Origin: Malacoraja senta
Lineage: Eukaryota
NCBI GenBank assembly: GCA_038087875.1
Contig: CM075995.1
Location: forward strand, 4,652,001-4,716,000
Reading direction: 5' to 3'
Length of the DNA stretch: 64,000 bases
Made by a program: the position numbers and the translations under genes. This document shows, piece by piece, positions 11,862 to 22,847 of this stretch (the first letter of the stretch is position 1; each line of letters starts with the position of its first letter). Under the pieces are notes generated by a model. That model saw nothing but the letters and a program-made list of their open reading frames with translations, was not told the DNA's origin and searched no databases.

Positions 11862-13194
11862 TTAGTATTAAATCAAACATTGCCATAACAATTAATTTTC
11901 ATGCTGTGATTCAAGTTTTTTCACAAAAAAAGGCCAGGAAAGCTTTTTTTTAAAGTATATATTAAGCCTATCTACCTATTTTTACTTTTTACCAATAATT
12001 ATGTCTTCTGATGATCTGATCTGCATTGCAATATAATAGGATGTTGCAATGTGAATTTTTTCCCCTTATCTGTATTGTAGCATAAACAAAGATGTTCAAA
12101 ACAAAGGCGCTTTCTTCTCTCTGATCCTTTTATTTTATTTATATTTATTTATATTTATTTATATTTATCATGGCGGGAGTATAGGAGCATAAAGCCTCAA
12201 ATGCAGAAAATCAACAGAGCGCTCCATTCCACCCCTCTCTCATGTTCCATACCCTTTTTGGCCTGACAGGCTACAGCTCATGGCATAAAACCGTAGTGGA
12301 TAAAAACAGGATGACTAATGGAGAAGGGAAGGGGGCCCCGAAAGAAACTTTGTACCAATGATAAAATTCCTCTCAAGAGGCCCTGTGTGGCTTGAGTCAA
12401 CGCCTGTGGTCTCGGCAGAGGCAGCGAGCCACTCGAACTCTCCTCCCCGGTTCCACATGCGATGTGGTGCCGTGAGTTCGTTGCACGCTAATCCTCAGCC
12501 CATCCCCAGCCGACGCTCACATCTGACGTCTCATTGTAAGGGAGAAAATACTGACCAAGTATCTCACTGCCGGGATTAAAAAGGTCACCCCTAATACAAT
12601 TATCAATGGCCAAAATTGTACAACAGTTAACCCTCTACTCTTCAACCTGCACTTACTTTAAAGACAAATCGCTGAGGCAGCGTTTGCAAGAGTCAGAGAC
12701 CTCTCCCTCTTAACAATACACCAGAGAGGGTTGCAGACAAAAGATTTCAGATGCCTTTATTACTCCGTGTTACTTTTCAGCTAAGATTCGGCAGTCTAAA
12801 GGGGAATGTTGGCTATATGTACAACTTGGCAGCACCATGTACAGTAATATCTATCTATATTACTAAAAGTCTGATCTTGACCTCTTTTGGCTCACTGTGC
12901 TGTGATTTCCGAGAGAATGCCGCCACCTACAGCCGTCATTTTGGCCACCTCGCTCAGAGCCCCCCTCCACCTTCCAGGACCAGAGGATTTTTCCCATCAA
13001 TGAAAAGTCAGAGAGATATTAATGTGTTTTTTTTTAATTGCCATTCTCTCTGCTGCCCCTGCTGGAGGGAGCGTGAGGGACTATAAAACCAGGAAGTGAT
13101 GTGTCTCACTCAGTCTCTGCAAGATGGAGGAAGCCAGAGGGTCACATCTCTCTGAGCTCTGAATAACACTGAACACATGTCTACTCAACTGTGG

Positions 13195-15540
13195 TTTGAA
13201 GTGAAAAGGCACTGCCTGCAAATGGTTGTTTGGGGGGTTTGTGTTGAAGTGAAAAGGCACTGCCTGCAAATGGTTGTTTGGGGGGTTTGGGTTGAAGTGA
13301 AAAGGCACTGCCTGCAAATGGTTGTTTGGGGGGTTTGGGTTGAAGTGAAAAGGCACTGTCTGCAAATGGTTGTTTGGGGGGTTTGGGTTGAAGTGAAAAG
13401 GCACTGCATGCACATGGTTGTTTGGGTTGAAGTGAAAAGGCACTGCCTGCAAATGGTTTTTTGGGGGGGTTGGGTTAAAGTGAAAAGGCACTGCCTGCAA
13501 ATGGTTGTTTGGGGGGGTTGGGTTGAAGTGAAAAGGCACTGCATGCACATGGTTGTTTGGGTTGAAGTGAAAAGGCACTGCCTGCAAATGTTTTTTTGGG
13601 GGGTTTGGGTTGAAGTGAAAAGGCACTGCCTGCAAATGGTTGTTTTGGGGGGTTGGGTTGAAGTGAAAAGGCACTGCCTGCAAATGGTTGTTTGGGGGGG
13701 GGGGGGTTGGGTTGAAGTGAAATGGCACTGCCTGCAAATGGTTGTTTGGGGGGGTTGGGTTGAAGTGAAAAGGCACTGCCTGCAAATGGTTGTTTGGGGG
13801 AGTTGGGTTGAAGTGAAAAGGCATTGCCTGCAAATGGTTGTTTGGGGGGGTTGGGTTGAAGTGAAAAGGCACTGCCTGCAAATGGTTGTTTGGGGGGGTT
13901 GGGTTGACGTAAAAAGGCACTGCCTGCAAATGGTTGTTTGGGGGGGGGGGTTGAGTTGAAGTGAAAAGGCACTGCCTGCAAATGGTTGTTTGGGGGGTTT
14001 GTGTTGAAGTGAAAAGGCACTGCCTGCAAATGGTTGTTTGGGGGGTTTGGGTTGAAGTGAAAAGGCACTGCCTGCAAATGGTTGTTTGGGGGGTTTGGGT
14101 TGAAGTGAAAAGGCACTGTCTGCAAATGGTTGTTTGGGGGGTTTGGGTTGAAGTGAAAAGGCACTGCATGCACATGGTTGTTTGGGTTGAAGTGAAAAGG
14201 CACTGCCTGCAAATTGTTTTTTGGGGGGGTTGGGTTGAAGTGAAAAGGCACTGCCTGCAAATGGTTGTTTGGGGGGGTTGGGTTGAAGTGAAAAGGCACT
14301 GCATGCACATGGTTGTTTGGGTTGAAGTGAAAAGGCACTGCCTGCAAATGGTTTTTTGGGGGGGTTGGGTTGAAGTGAAAAGGCACTGCCTGCAAATGGT
14401 TGTTTTGGGGGGTTGGGTTGAAGTGAAAAGGCACTGCCTGCAAATGGTTGTTTGGGGGGGTTGGGTTGAAGTGAAAAGGCACTGCATGCACATGGTTGTT
14501 TGGGTTGAAGTGAAAAGGCACTGCCTGCAAATGGTTTTTTGGGGGGGTTGGGTTGAAGTGAAAAGGCACTGCCTGCAAATGGTTGTTTTGGGGGGTTGGG
14601 TTGAAGTGAAAAGGCACTGCCTGCAAATGGTTGTTTGGGGGGGGTTGGGTTGAAGTGAAAAGGCACTGCCTGCAAATGGTTGTTTGGGGGGGTTGGGTTG
14701 AAGTGAAAAGGCACTGCCTGCAAATGGTTGTTTGGGGGGGTTGGGTTGAAGTGAAAAGGCATTGCCTGCAAATGGTTGTTTGGGGGGGTTGGGTTGAAGT
14801 GAAAAGGCACTGCCTGCAAATGGTTGTTTGGGGGGGTTGGGTTGACGTAAAAAGGCACTGCCTGCAAATGGTTGTTTGGGGGGGGGGGTTGAGTTGAAGT
14901 GAAAAGGCACTGCCTGCAAATGGTTGTTTGGGGGGTTTGGGTTGAAGTGAAAAGGCACTGCCTGCAAATGGTTGTTTGGGGGGTTTGGGTTGAAGTGAAA
15001 AGGCACTGTCTGCAAATGGTTGTTTGGGGGGTTTGGGTTGAAGTGAAAAGGCACTGCATGCACATGGTTGTTTGGGTTGAAGTGAAAAGGCACTGCCTGC
15101 AAATGGTTTTTTGGGGGGGTTGGGTTGAAGTGAAAAGGCACTGCCTGCAAATGGTTGTTTGGGGGGGTTGGGTTGAAGTGAAAAGGCACTGCATGCACAT
15201 GGTTGTTTGGGTTGAAGTGAAAAGGCACTGCCTGCAAATGTTTTTTTGGGGGGGGTTGGGTTGAAGTGAAAAGGCACTGCCTGCAAATGGTTGCTTTGGG
15301 GGGTTGGGTTGAAGTGAAAAGGCACTGCCTGCAAATGGTTGTTTGGGGGGGGGGTTGGGTTGAAGTGAAAAGGCACTGCCTGCAAATGGTTGTTTGGGGG
15401 GTTTGGGTTGAAGTGAAAAGGCACTGCCTGCAAATGGTTGTTTGGGGGGTTTGGGTTGAAGTGAAAAGGCACTGTCTGCAAATGGTTGTTTGGAGGGTTT
15501 GGGTTGAAGTGAAAAGGCACTGCCTGCAAATGGTTGTTTG
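13195..15540. repeat. 48-bp G-rich minisatellite array with 39-bp variant units
   Basis: Unit ttgaagtgaaaaggcactgcctgcaaatggttgtttggggggtttggg; it explains the long repetitive ORFs on both strands. Confidence 0.97.
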
Positions 15541-15919
15541 TCTAAACTTGACAACTTCCTGTTTGCACTATATTGATTTTAGATAAAACGCTACCACTTA
15601 CGGCTGTGATTTTTGGCCATCTTACTCAGTCCCCCTCCGCTCATCAGGTGCAGAGGATTCATCCCATCAATGAAAAACAAAAGTGTTATTAGTGTTTAAA
15701 AAATGTTGAGAATCCTCTCCTGTCAATCACGCCATGAAGGCCACACCTTTTCCGGTGGGAGGGGGAGTGATTATAAAACCCAGAAATGTGGGTGTGGCTC
15801 AGTCTCTGCATGATGGTGGAGGGAGAGGTCATGACTGTCTGAGCTGTGAATCAACTGAACACACTGAATGTCTACTGAACTGCGAGTGTGGTGTTTTGTG
15901 TGGTTTTATGGTGGTTTTC

Positions 15920-16282
15920 ATGGTGGTTTCACCCTGCTTGAAATAGTATGAAACTGCATTTGAATGTGGTGTCGTTGCATCCTGCATGAAATGGTATGAA
16001 ACTGCATTTGAATTTGGTGGACTTGCATCCTCCTTGAAATGGTATGAAACTGCACTTGAATTTGGTGGCCTTGCACCCTGCTTGAAGTGGTAGGAAACTG
16101 AACCTGAATTTGGTGGCCTTGCACCCTGCTTGAAGTGGTATGAAACTGCACTTGAATTTTGTCACCTTGCACCCTGCTCGAAGAGGTAAGAAACTGCACT
16201 TGAATTTGGTGGCCTTGCACCCTGCTGGAATTGGTAGGAAAATGGATTTGAATTTGGTGGCCTTGCACTCTGCTTGAAATGG
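15920..16282. repeat. second, more diverged 48-bp tandem array
   Basis: Unit tggtggccttgcaccctgcttgaagtggtatgaaactgcacttgaatt, about 7 copies. Confidence 0.9.
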
Positions 16283-17055
16283 AATTTCAAGGAATAGCTG
16301 TAAGTCAACTGCCAGCCCACCAGCCGTGAGTGAGCTGCCAGCACATCAAGCTTGAGGGACTGAGCTGCCACCCCAAGAATCCATTTGGCCCACAATGTCC
16401 ATACTAGCCCTCTGGAGACCAGTAAGTCCCTGCAGCCAACAACACCCATACCAGCGCTCCAGAAAGCCCCCCCCCCCACACTGGCCACCAATATTGGAAT
16501 TGGTGGAGAGGTGGAATATTGCGTCGGGGGACAAGCCCTCCCGTGTGAACATGGGACCCAACGGGTCCCACTTAGTCTAGTAGTTAACTAAAAATGTTCT
16601 TCCCCTGTACAATCAAACCAAAATCAAATAACAGGGAGGCAAGTCTTTAGTATGTCTCAAAGAAAACACCTTAAAACACAGAAAATGCTGGAAAAGCTCG
16701 TCAGATCAGGTGGGAACTTGTTGGAAGAGAAAGGGGCAGTGTTTGGGGTCTCCGACCCTTTGTCGGAAATGAGAAAGGGAGAGATACGTTTGCTTTGTGG
16801 TAGAGAAGGGGGAGGGGGCGTTGATGTGCAGAACAAAGAGAAAACAAGATACTGCAGATGCTGAAATATTGAGTAAAACACAAAGTGTTGGAGGAACTCA
16901 GTGGGTCAGACAGATGGGTCAGGGAATGGACAGACAACGTTGTTGACTTATTAAAAACGTTTGTCAATGATTGTTGACTTTGGAAAGGGAAATTTTAGGA
17001 TCCACAAATCTGTCTTCATCAATAGGTTTGCGGGAGAGTCTGCACGTCTTACCAC

Positions 17056-17595
17056 GGTGCTGGTAAGGCCGCATTTGGAATATTGTGAGCAGTTTTGGGC
17101 ACCATATCTGAGGAAGGAAGTGCTGGCTCCAGAGGATGTTTACAAGAATGATTCCAGGAATGAGTAGGTTAACCTATGATGAGCGTGTGTCGGCACTGGG
17201 TCTGTACTCGCTGGAGTTTAGTAGAGTTAGGGGGGACTTCAATGAAACATACAGAATAGTGAAATGTTTGGATAGAGTGGATGTGTAAAGAATGTTTCCA
17301 CCAGTGGGAAAGTCTAGGACAAGAGGTCATGGCCTCAGAATTAAAGGACATTCTTTTAGGAAGGAGATGAGGTGAAATTTCTTTAGTCAGAGGGTGGTGA
17401 ATCTGAGGAATTCTTTGCCACAGAAGGTTGTGGAGGTCAAGTCAGTGGATGTTTTTAAGGCAGAGATAGATTCTTGATTAGTAGGGGTTATGGGGAGAAG
17501 GCATGAGAATGGGGTTAAGAGGGAGAGATAGATCAGCCATGATTGAATGGCGGAGTAGACTTGATGGGCCGAATGGCCTAATTCTACTATTCCTT
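17056..17595 (+). mobile_element. CR1 LINE 3' fragment
   Basis: LVRPHLEYCEQFWAPYLRK followed by the CR1 3' UTR (gatcagccatgat...gggccgaatggcct). Confidence 0.85.
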
Positions 17596-17944
17596 ATGAC
17601 CTTGGAGCGCCAGAGACCCTGGTTCGATCCTGACTAGGGGTGCTGTCTGTACAGAGTTTGTATATTCTCCCTGTGACCATGTGTTTTTTCTCGTGGGGCT
17701 CTGGGTTCCTCCCACACTCCAAAGACATAGAGGTTTGTAGATTGATAAGTTCGGTAAAAAGTCTTTGATTATGATGGCTACTTTCCTGGGTCAGCAAGAA
17801 GGGTAAATGGAGTCAATGGTTGGGAGTCTGGTTACGTGATAAACCCGGCTAAATCTACAACGCTGCAATTTCTTGTGGTCTTAGGCAGAGCTGCTGCTAA
17901 ACTAAGCTGTGGTGTAACCAGACTAAAATTGCACGCAATACTCC

Positions 17945-18515
17945 AGGTGCAGTCTGTACAGGGCCCTGGTGAGACCGCACCTGGAGTATTGTGTGCAATT
18001 TTGGTCTCCTAATTTGAGGAAGGACATTATTGCTATTGAGAGATTGCAGTGTAGGTTCACCAGGTTAATTCCCGGGATGGCGGGACTGACGTATGATGAA
18101 AGGTCGACTGGGCTTGTATTCGCTGCAATTTAGGACGAGAGGGGATCTTACAGAAACATATATTATTCTTAGAGGATTGGACAGGGTAGGTGCAGGAAAC
18201 ATGTTCCCGATATTGGGTGAGTCCCAAACGAGGGGTCACAGTTTAAGAATAGGGGTAGGCCATTTAGTACTGAGATGAGGACAAAATTATTCACCTAGAG
18301 AGTTGTGAATCTGTGGAATTTTCTGCCACAGAAGGCAGTGTAGGCCAATTGACTGGATGTTTTCAAGAGAGAGTTAGATTTAGCTCTAAGGGCGAAAGGA
18401 ATCAAGGGATCTGGGGAAAAAGCCAGAACAGGGTACTGATTTTGGATGATCAGCCATGATCATATTGAATGGTGGTGGTGGCTTCAAGGGCCGAATGGCC
18501 TACTCCTGCACTTTT
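17945..18515 (+). mobile_element. CR1 LINE 3' fragment
   Basis: RT C-terminus (YRALVRPHLEYCVQFWSP) plus the CR1 3' UTR. Confidence 0.85.
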
Positions 18516-18539
18516 ATTCTGTCTTTGCTTTCTATGCAT

Positions 18540-18841
18540 CTTTAGTTTAGTTTTGAGATACAGTGCGGAAACAGGCCCTTTGGCCCATCGAGTCCATGCT
18601 GACCAGCGATCCCCGCACACTATCCTACACACACTAAGGACCACTTACAATTTTACCAAGCAAATTAGCCTACAAACTTGTACTTCTTTGGAGTGTGGGA
18701 GGAAACCGGAGCTCCCAGTGAAAACTCACGCAGGTCATGGGGAGAACATACAAACTCCGTACAGACAGCACTCGTAGTCAGGATCGAACTCGTGTCTCTG
18801 GCGCTGTTAGCCAGCAACTCCACCGCTGCGCCACCGTGCCG
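18540..18841 (-). mobile_element. tRNA-derived V-SINE (HE1-like)
   Basis: Minus strand: ggcacggtggcgcagcgg A-box-like head, gttcgatcc B box, ggtttcctcccacactccaaag core, CR1-like tail with (CTAAA)n. Other copies near 17600, 23060-23345, 24230-24750, 25820-26000, 38380-38590, 42546-42835, 46970-47355, 47795-48088 and 50172-50445. Confidence 0.85.
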
Positions 18842-19979
18842 CCTCTGTAGAAACTTCGTCCCAACATGCATCAGGCTCTTGAACAGTACACAACACTAAC
18901 CTCAACTATGAACAATGTGATTGGTTGCACTGACTTCAAGGTATTTTCCCCACAGGTGTTGAGGTTCTTAATTTATTGAATTGTTGTTTATTATGTCGGT
19001 GCCAGAACACTGTCTGGATTAGAGGGTTTCAGCTGCATGGAGGTTGGATAGACTTGGATTGTTTTCCTGGAACACCTGCGGTTCAGGGGAGTCTTGATGG
19101 AAGTATATAAAATTTTGAGATCCCACAATCAGGCCACATCCCACAATAGGCCAAGTCAGTGGATATTTTTAAGGCAGAGATAGACACATTCATGATTAGA
19201 ACAGGTGTCAGGAGTTACGAGGAGAAGGCAGGAAAATGGGATTAGGAGACGGAGATCAGCCATGATTGAATGGCGGGGTAGACACGATGGGCCAAATGGC
19301 CTAATTCTACTCCTATAACTTGCGAACTTTTGAATCAAGAGCTCTTACCCATGCTCGTAATATAGCGTTGTTACAAATTCCTGCCATCAGTGGTGCTCAC
19401 TGCCTGTGTGTGGGGGGGGGGGGGGGGGTAGTAAAATGCAGGTTTTTATTGGTTGTCAGGGAGGGATTTTCTCGTGAGACAAGCTTAAGAGGAAATTTCA
19501 TTCTGTCATCCCGTTCGCAATTTTTTTATAAACGTTGCTGGTCTATTGAATTGCTGGTTGGACCCAACTTCAACGCCTTAAAAATCACAGATCTCAAGTT
19601 CAGGACAAAACAAAAGGTATGTACTGTAGGACGTTTATTTAACATCTTATGTAGTTTTTGGTGTAATTTCATTTTAATCTGATGATGCAAAATATGTTAT
19701 TTAGGCGCCGACATCGGTCGTGTCTTGCCTGCCGACTGAGTGTGAGCAAAATCATCGCGGCGGCCACAATCCGATCTCTGTATCATAATCCACAAACATC
19801 CACTCCCAAGATAATCAAATTCAATATTTTTGGTACAATCATGTTATAACATCTAAATTATTTGTATTTTGTGTTGTCTATCCATGATCAATATTTTCAT
19901 ACTAAATATCTGACTAAAAACTTCCACAGTACAGTTTTTAGTCAGATACTTAGTACGAAAATAGTGATCATGGACAATT

Positions 19980-21203
19980 AACATATAACATATAACAATT
20001 ACAGCACGGAAACAGGCTATCTCGGCCCTTCTAGTCCGTGCCGAACACTTATTCTCACCTAGTCCCATCTACCTGCACTCAGACCAGAACCCTCCATTCC
20101 TTTCCCGTCCATATACCTATCCAATTTATTTATAAATTATAAAATCGAACCTGCCTCCACCACTTCCACTGGAAGCTCATTCCACACAGCTACCACTCTC
20201 TGAGTAAAGAAGTTCCCCCTCATGTTACCCCTAAACTTCTGTCCCTTAATTCTCAAATCATGTCCTCTTGTTTGAATCTTCCCTACTCTCAATGGAAAAA
20301 GCTTATCCACGTCAACTCTGTCTATCCCTCTCATCATTTTAAAGACCTCTATCGTCCCCCCCCTTAACCTGCGCTCCAAAGAATAAAGACCTAACTTGTT
20401 CAACCTTTCTCTGTAACTTAGTTGCTGAAACCCAGGCAACATTCTAGTAAATCTCCTCTGTACTCTCTCTATTTTGTTGACATCTTTCCTATAATTTGGC
20501 GACCAAAATTGTACACCATACTCCAGAATTGGCCTCACCAATGCCTTGTACAATTCTAACACTACATCCCAATTTCTATACTCAATGCTCTGATTTATAA
20601 AGGACAGCACACCAAAAGCTTTCTTTACCACCCTATCTACATGAGATTCCACCTTCAGGGAACTATACACAGTTATTCCTAGATCCCTCTGTTCAACTGC
20701 ATTCCTCAATTCGCTACAATTTACCATGTACGTCCTATTTTGATTTGTCCTGCCAAGATGAAGCACCTCACACTTATCAGCATTAAACTCCATCTGCCAT
20801 CTTTCAGCCCACTCTTCCAAATGGCCTAAATCTCTCGGTAGACTTTGAAAATCTACTTCATTATCCACAACACCACCTATCTTAGTATCATCTGCATACT
20901 TACTAATCCAATTTACCACACCATCATCCAGATCATTGATGTATATGACAAACAACAGTGGACCCAACACAGATCCCTGAGGCACCCCACTAGTCACCGG
21001 CCTCCAACCTGACAAACAGCCATCCACCATTACTCTCTGGCATCTCCCATTCAGCCACTGTTGAATCCATCTTGCTACTCCACCATTAATACCCAACAAT
21101 TGAACCTTCTTAACCAACCTTCCATGTGGAACCTTGTCAAAGGCCTTACTGAAGTCCATATAGACAACATCCACCGCTTTACCCTCATCAATTTCCCTAG
21201 TAA
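19980..21203 (-). mobile_element. young 5'-truncated CR1 LINE (RT ORF open)
   Basis: 393-aa ORF with DFSKAFDKVPH, GVPQGSVLGPLLF, YADD; (TTATATG)n tail; nearly identical to 52230-54030. Confidence 0.95.
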
Positions 21204-21942
21204 TTACACAAAATAGTAACCTAGTAATTACACAAAATAGATTATTTAGATGATCTTCGGACATGATTGTGCATTTTCTTGAGAGTGGATGTTTGTGGAT
21301 CATTACTATTTCTGTCACAACGGTTAATTTTGTAATTAGCTACTTAATTAGGTAATTAACTAATTATATACTTTAATTTCAGGTCATCCAAGTAAAATGT
21401 ATAATATGTTTCAGAATGCTTCAATCTATAATAACTGAAAATGTCATTCAGTTCTCTTAATTTTTAAGAAAGTTATGGGCTTTTATGTCAGATGACTGTC
21501 CTTGATTACAGCTTTTGTGTTAAGTTAATGGAAAAGCAATAGGGAGCAAGATGCTAATTTCCGAGTATGCAAATGACCATAACTTTTTTAATACTGAAGA
21601 TATGAAAGTGAATTAGGTATCAAATTAAAGTTCGTTTTATGCTTTATCTGATGGGATAAATTACCGGCTTGATTTTTAACATCTCAAAATTTTGTAACAT
21701 CCCTACGTAATACTCAATGCAACATTCCTGAAAGAAACAGCCACAATGATATTTTCAACCAGCTTCCCAGGATATTAAAATTAAAAAGATAGACAACAAA
21801 ATGCTGGAGACACTCAGTGGGTCAGGTAGCATCTCAGGAGAAAGGGACATTTCGGGTCGAGACCTTTCATCAGACGGAGTGTCAATGGAGGAAAACTAGA
21901 GGTATGAAAAAGTAGAGTTCTTCTTTGTAGTGAAATATCATC

Positions 21943-21948
21943 TTTATT
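21943..21948 (-). promoter_or_regulatory. candidate TDP2 polyadenylation signal AATAAA
   Basis: TTTATT on + strand about 620 nt past the stop, at the end of an AT-rich non-repetitive stretch, followed by U-rich sequence on the minus strand. Confidence 0.45.
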
Positions 21949-22568
21949 TGTAACGTTAAAAAAATGCATCTAAAGACACAATTGAACTTTCTATTAATGT
22001 TTAAAATGAGGCAAAAGGGATTTTTCCCACTTACATAAATTCCTAAAATTAAGAGGATATTGCAAAGAGAAATAAAACCAAAAGGTATTTTCCATAAATG
22101 GAGAATTATTACATATAAAACCATTTCAAAGACACCCAACACAGCTAAACTGAAGTAGGAACTGAGGCATTGCAATAAGAGCCATTCTAGAAAAGTGAAT
22201 TTAAAAACAAATTGCATGGAATGTTTTCCCCCACTCATCTTGGCAAGAAATGAGCTGGGGAAAGGAGCACATCACTGCAAGCAGTTGGTTTTAGAATGGT
22301 GTTCTTCCATCATGAAGATCTGCTCCAATAAATAACTTGGCACAAGAACCTGTATTCCAATAATGTGCCACAATACAATTTTCCTCACGCATCTCTTTAG
22401 CTCGTCAGAAGGATGACTGCAAACTGAAATGGCGTGGTAAATTTGGGTAGGATGTAGCTAATGGGACATCCCATCAACTCAGAAACAACCCTGATTATTT
22501 TAACTCCAGAAATCATACAACTCAGACTTTCAGGCACAATTGTTTTGTTCCAGGTATTGCAGTTTGTC

Positions 22569-22847
22569 TTAGAGGATGACATCAAAGTCACAAAAAAGTC
22601 CCCAGTGATCACTGCAAAACCGTCCACACTCCAGTCTCTCTTGCCCCACGAGGCTCATTTCCTTTGGAATGATTTGACCTTCTCTGGAAGCCCTGAAAAA
22701 CACGCGGTCGAAACGGAGCCTGCAAGAGTAGAACGCCTTCAAATTATTGTTAGTTGTGGTATCCCAGGTGTAACGACAGTGTTCTGGTTTGTTCAAGGAT
22801 TCCCACACATCCGAGATGCCAGCTGGTAATCCTCCCAATCTTTTCAC
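22569..22847 (-). CDS. TDP2: TDP2 coding exon 7 (terminal)
   Basis: Acceptor ttgcag|, translates VKRLGGLP...YTWDT...LRFDR...SDHWGLFCDFDVIL* (catalytic SDH). The seven exons total 1197 nt = 398 aa + stop. Confidence 0.97.
   Translation of the reverse strand: MKRLGGLPAGISDVWESLNKPEHCRYTWDTTTNNNLKAFYSCRLRFDRVFFRASREGQIIPKEMSLVGQERLECGRFCSDHWGLFCDFDVIL

Larger units (their letters stand above)
3463..12385 (+). mobile_element. degraded hAT DNA transposon (transposase relics ~9940-11955) hosting nested insertions
   Basis: Transposase relics SETRWSDR, PEEA|YFRKCVFY and the hATC dimerisation motif TIPATVASAERSFSKLKLIKNYLRSTMSQERL. Right end ...cctctcaagaggccctg; the left end cagcaactatgagagg matches only partly. 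Flanks ctaggctt/tgtggctt give a degenerate 8-bp TSD. Left boundary uncertain. Confidence 0.7.
12850..16580 (+). mobile_element. non-autonomous Helitron carrying tandem arrays
   Basis: A|TC 5' end, GGGACCC-aac-GGGTCCC hairpin at 16553-16569, 3' CTAG|T, no TSD. Internal diverged duplication ~12900-13190 vs ~15600-15870. Confidence 0.85.

Noticed and set aside
13081..15586. 684-789 aa ORFs on both strands; CRISPR-like appearance
   Set aside because: Products of a largely stop-free 48/39-bp tandem repeat. Inter-repeat parts are G-run variants rather than unique spacers, there are no cas genes, and the context is eukaryotic.
18760..18841. tRNA-like A/B boxes here and in other copies
   Set aside because: They are SINE heads followed by SINE core and LINE-derived tail, not tRNA genes.
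19400..21705. AT-rich sequence flanking the CR1, possibly a DNA transposon
   Set aside because: Could not identify matching TIRs or a TSD from the sequence alone.
1..21900. Exons of KIAA0319, expected downstream of TDP2 by human synteny
   Set aside because: No recognisable coding exon seen; a non-coding exon cannot be excluded.
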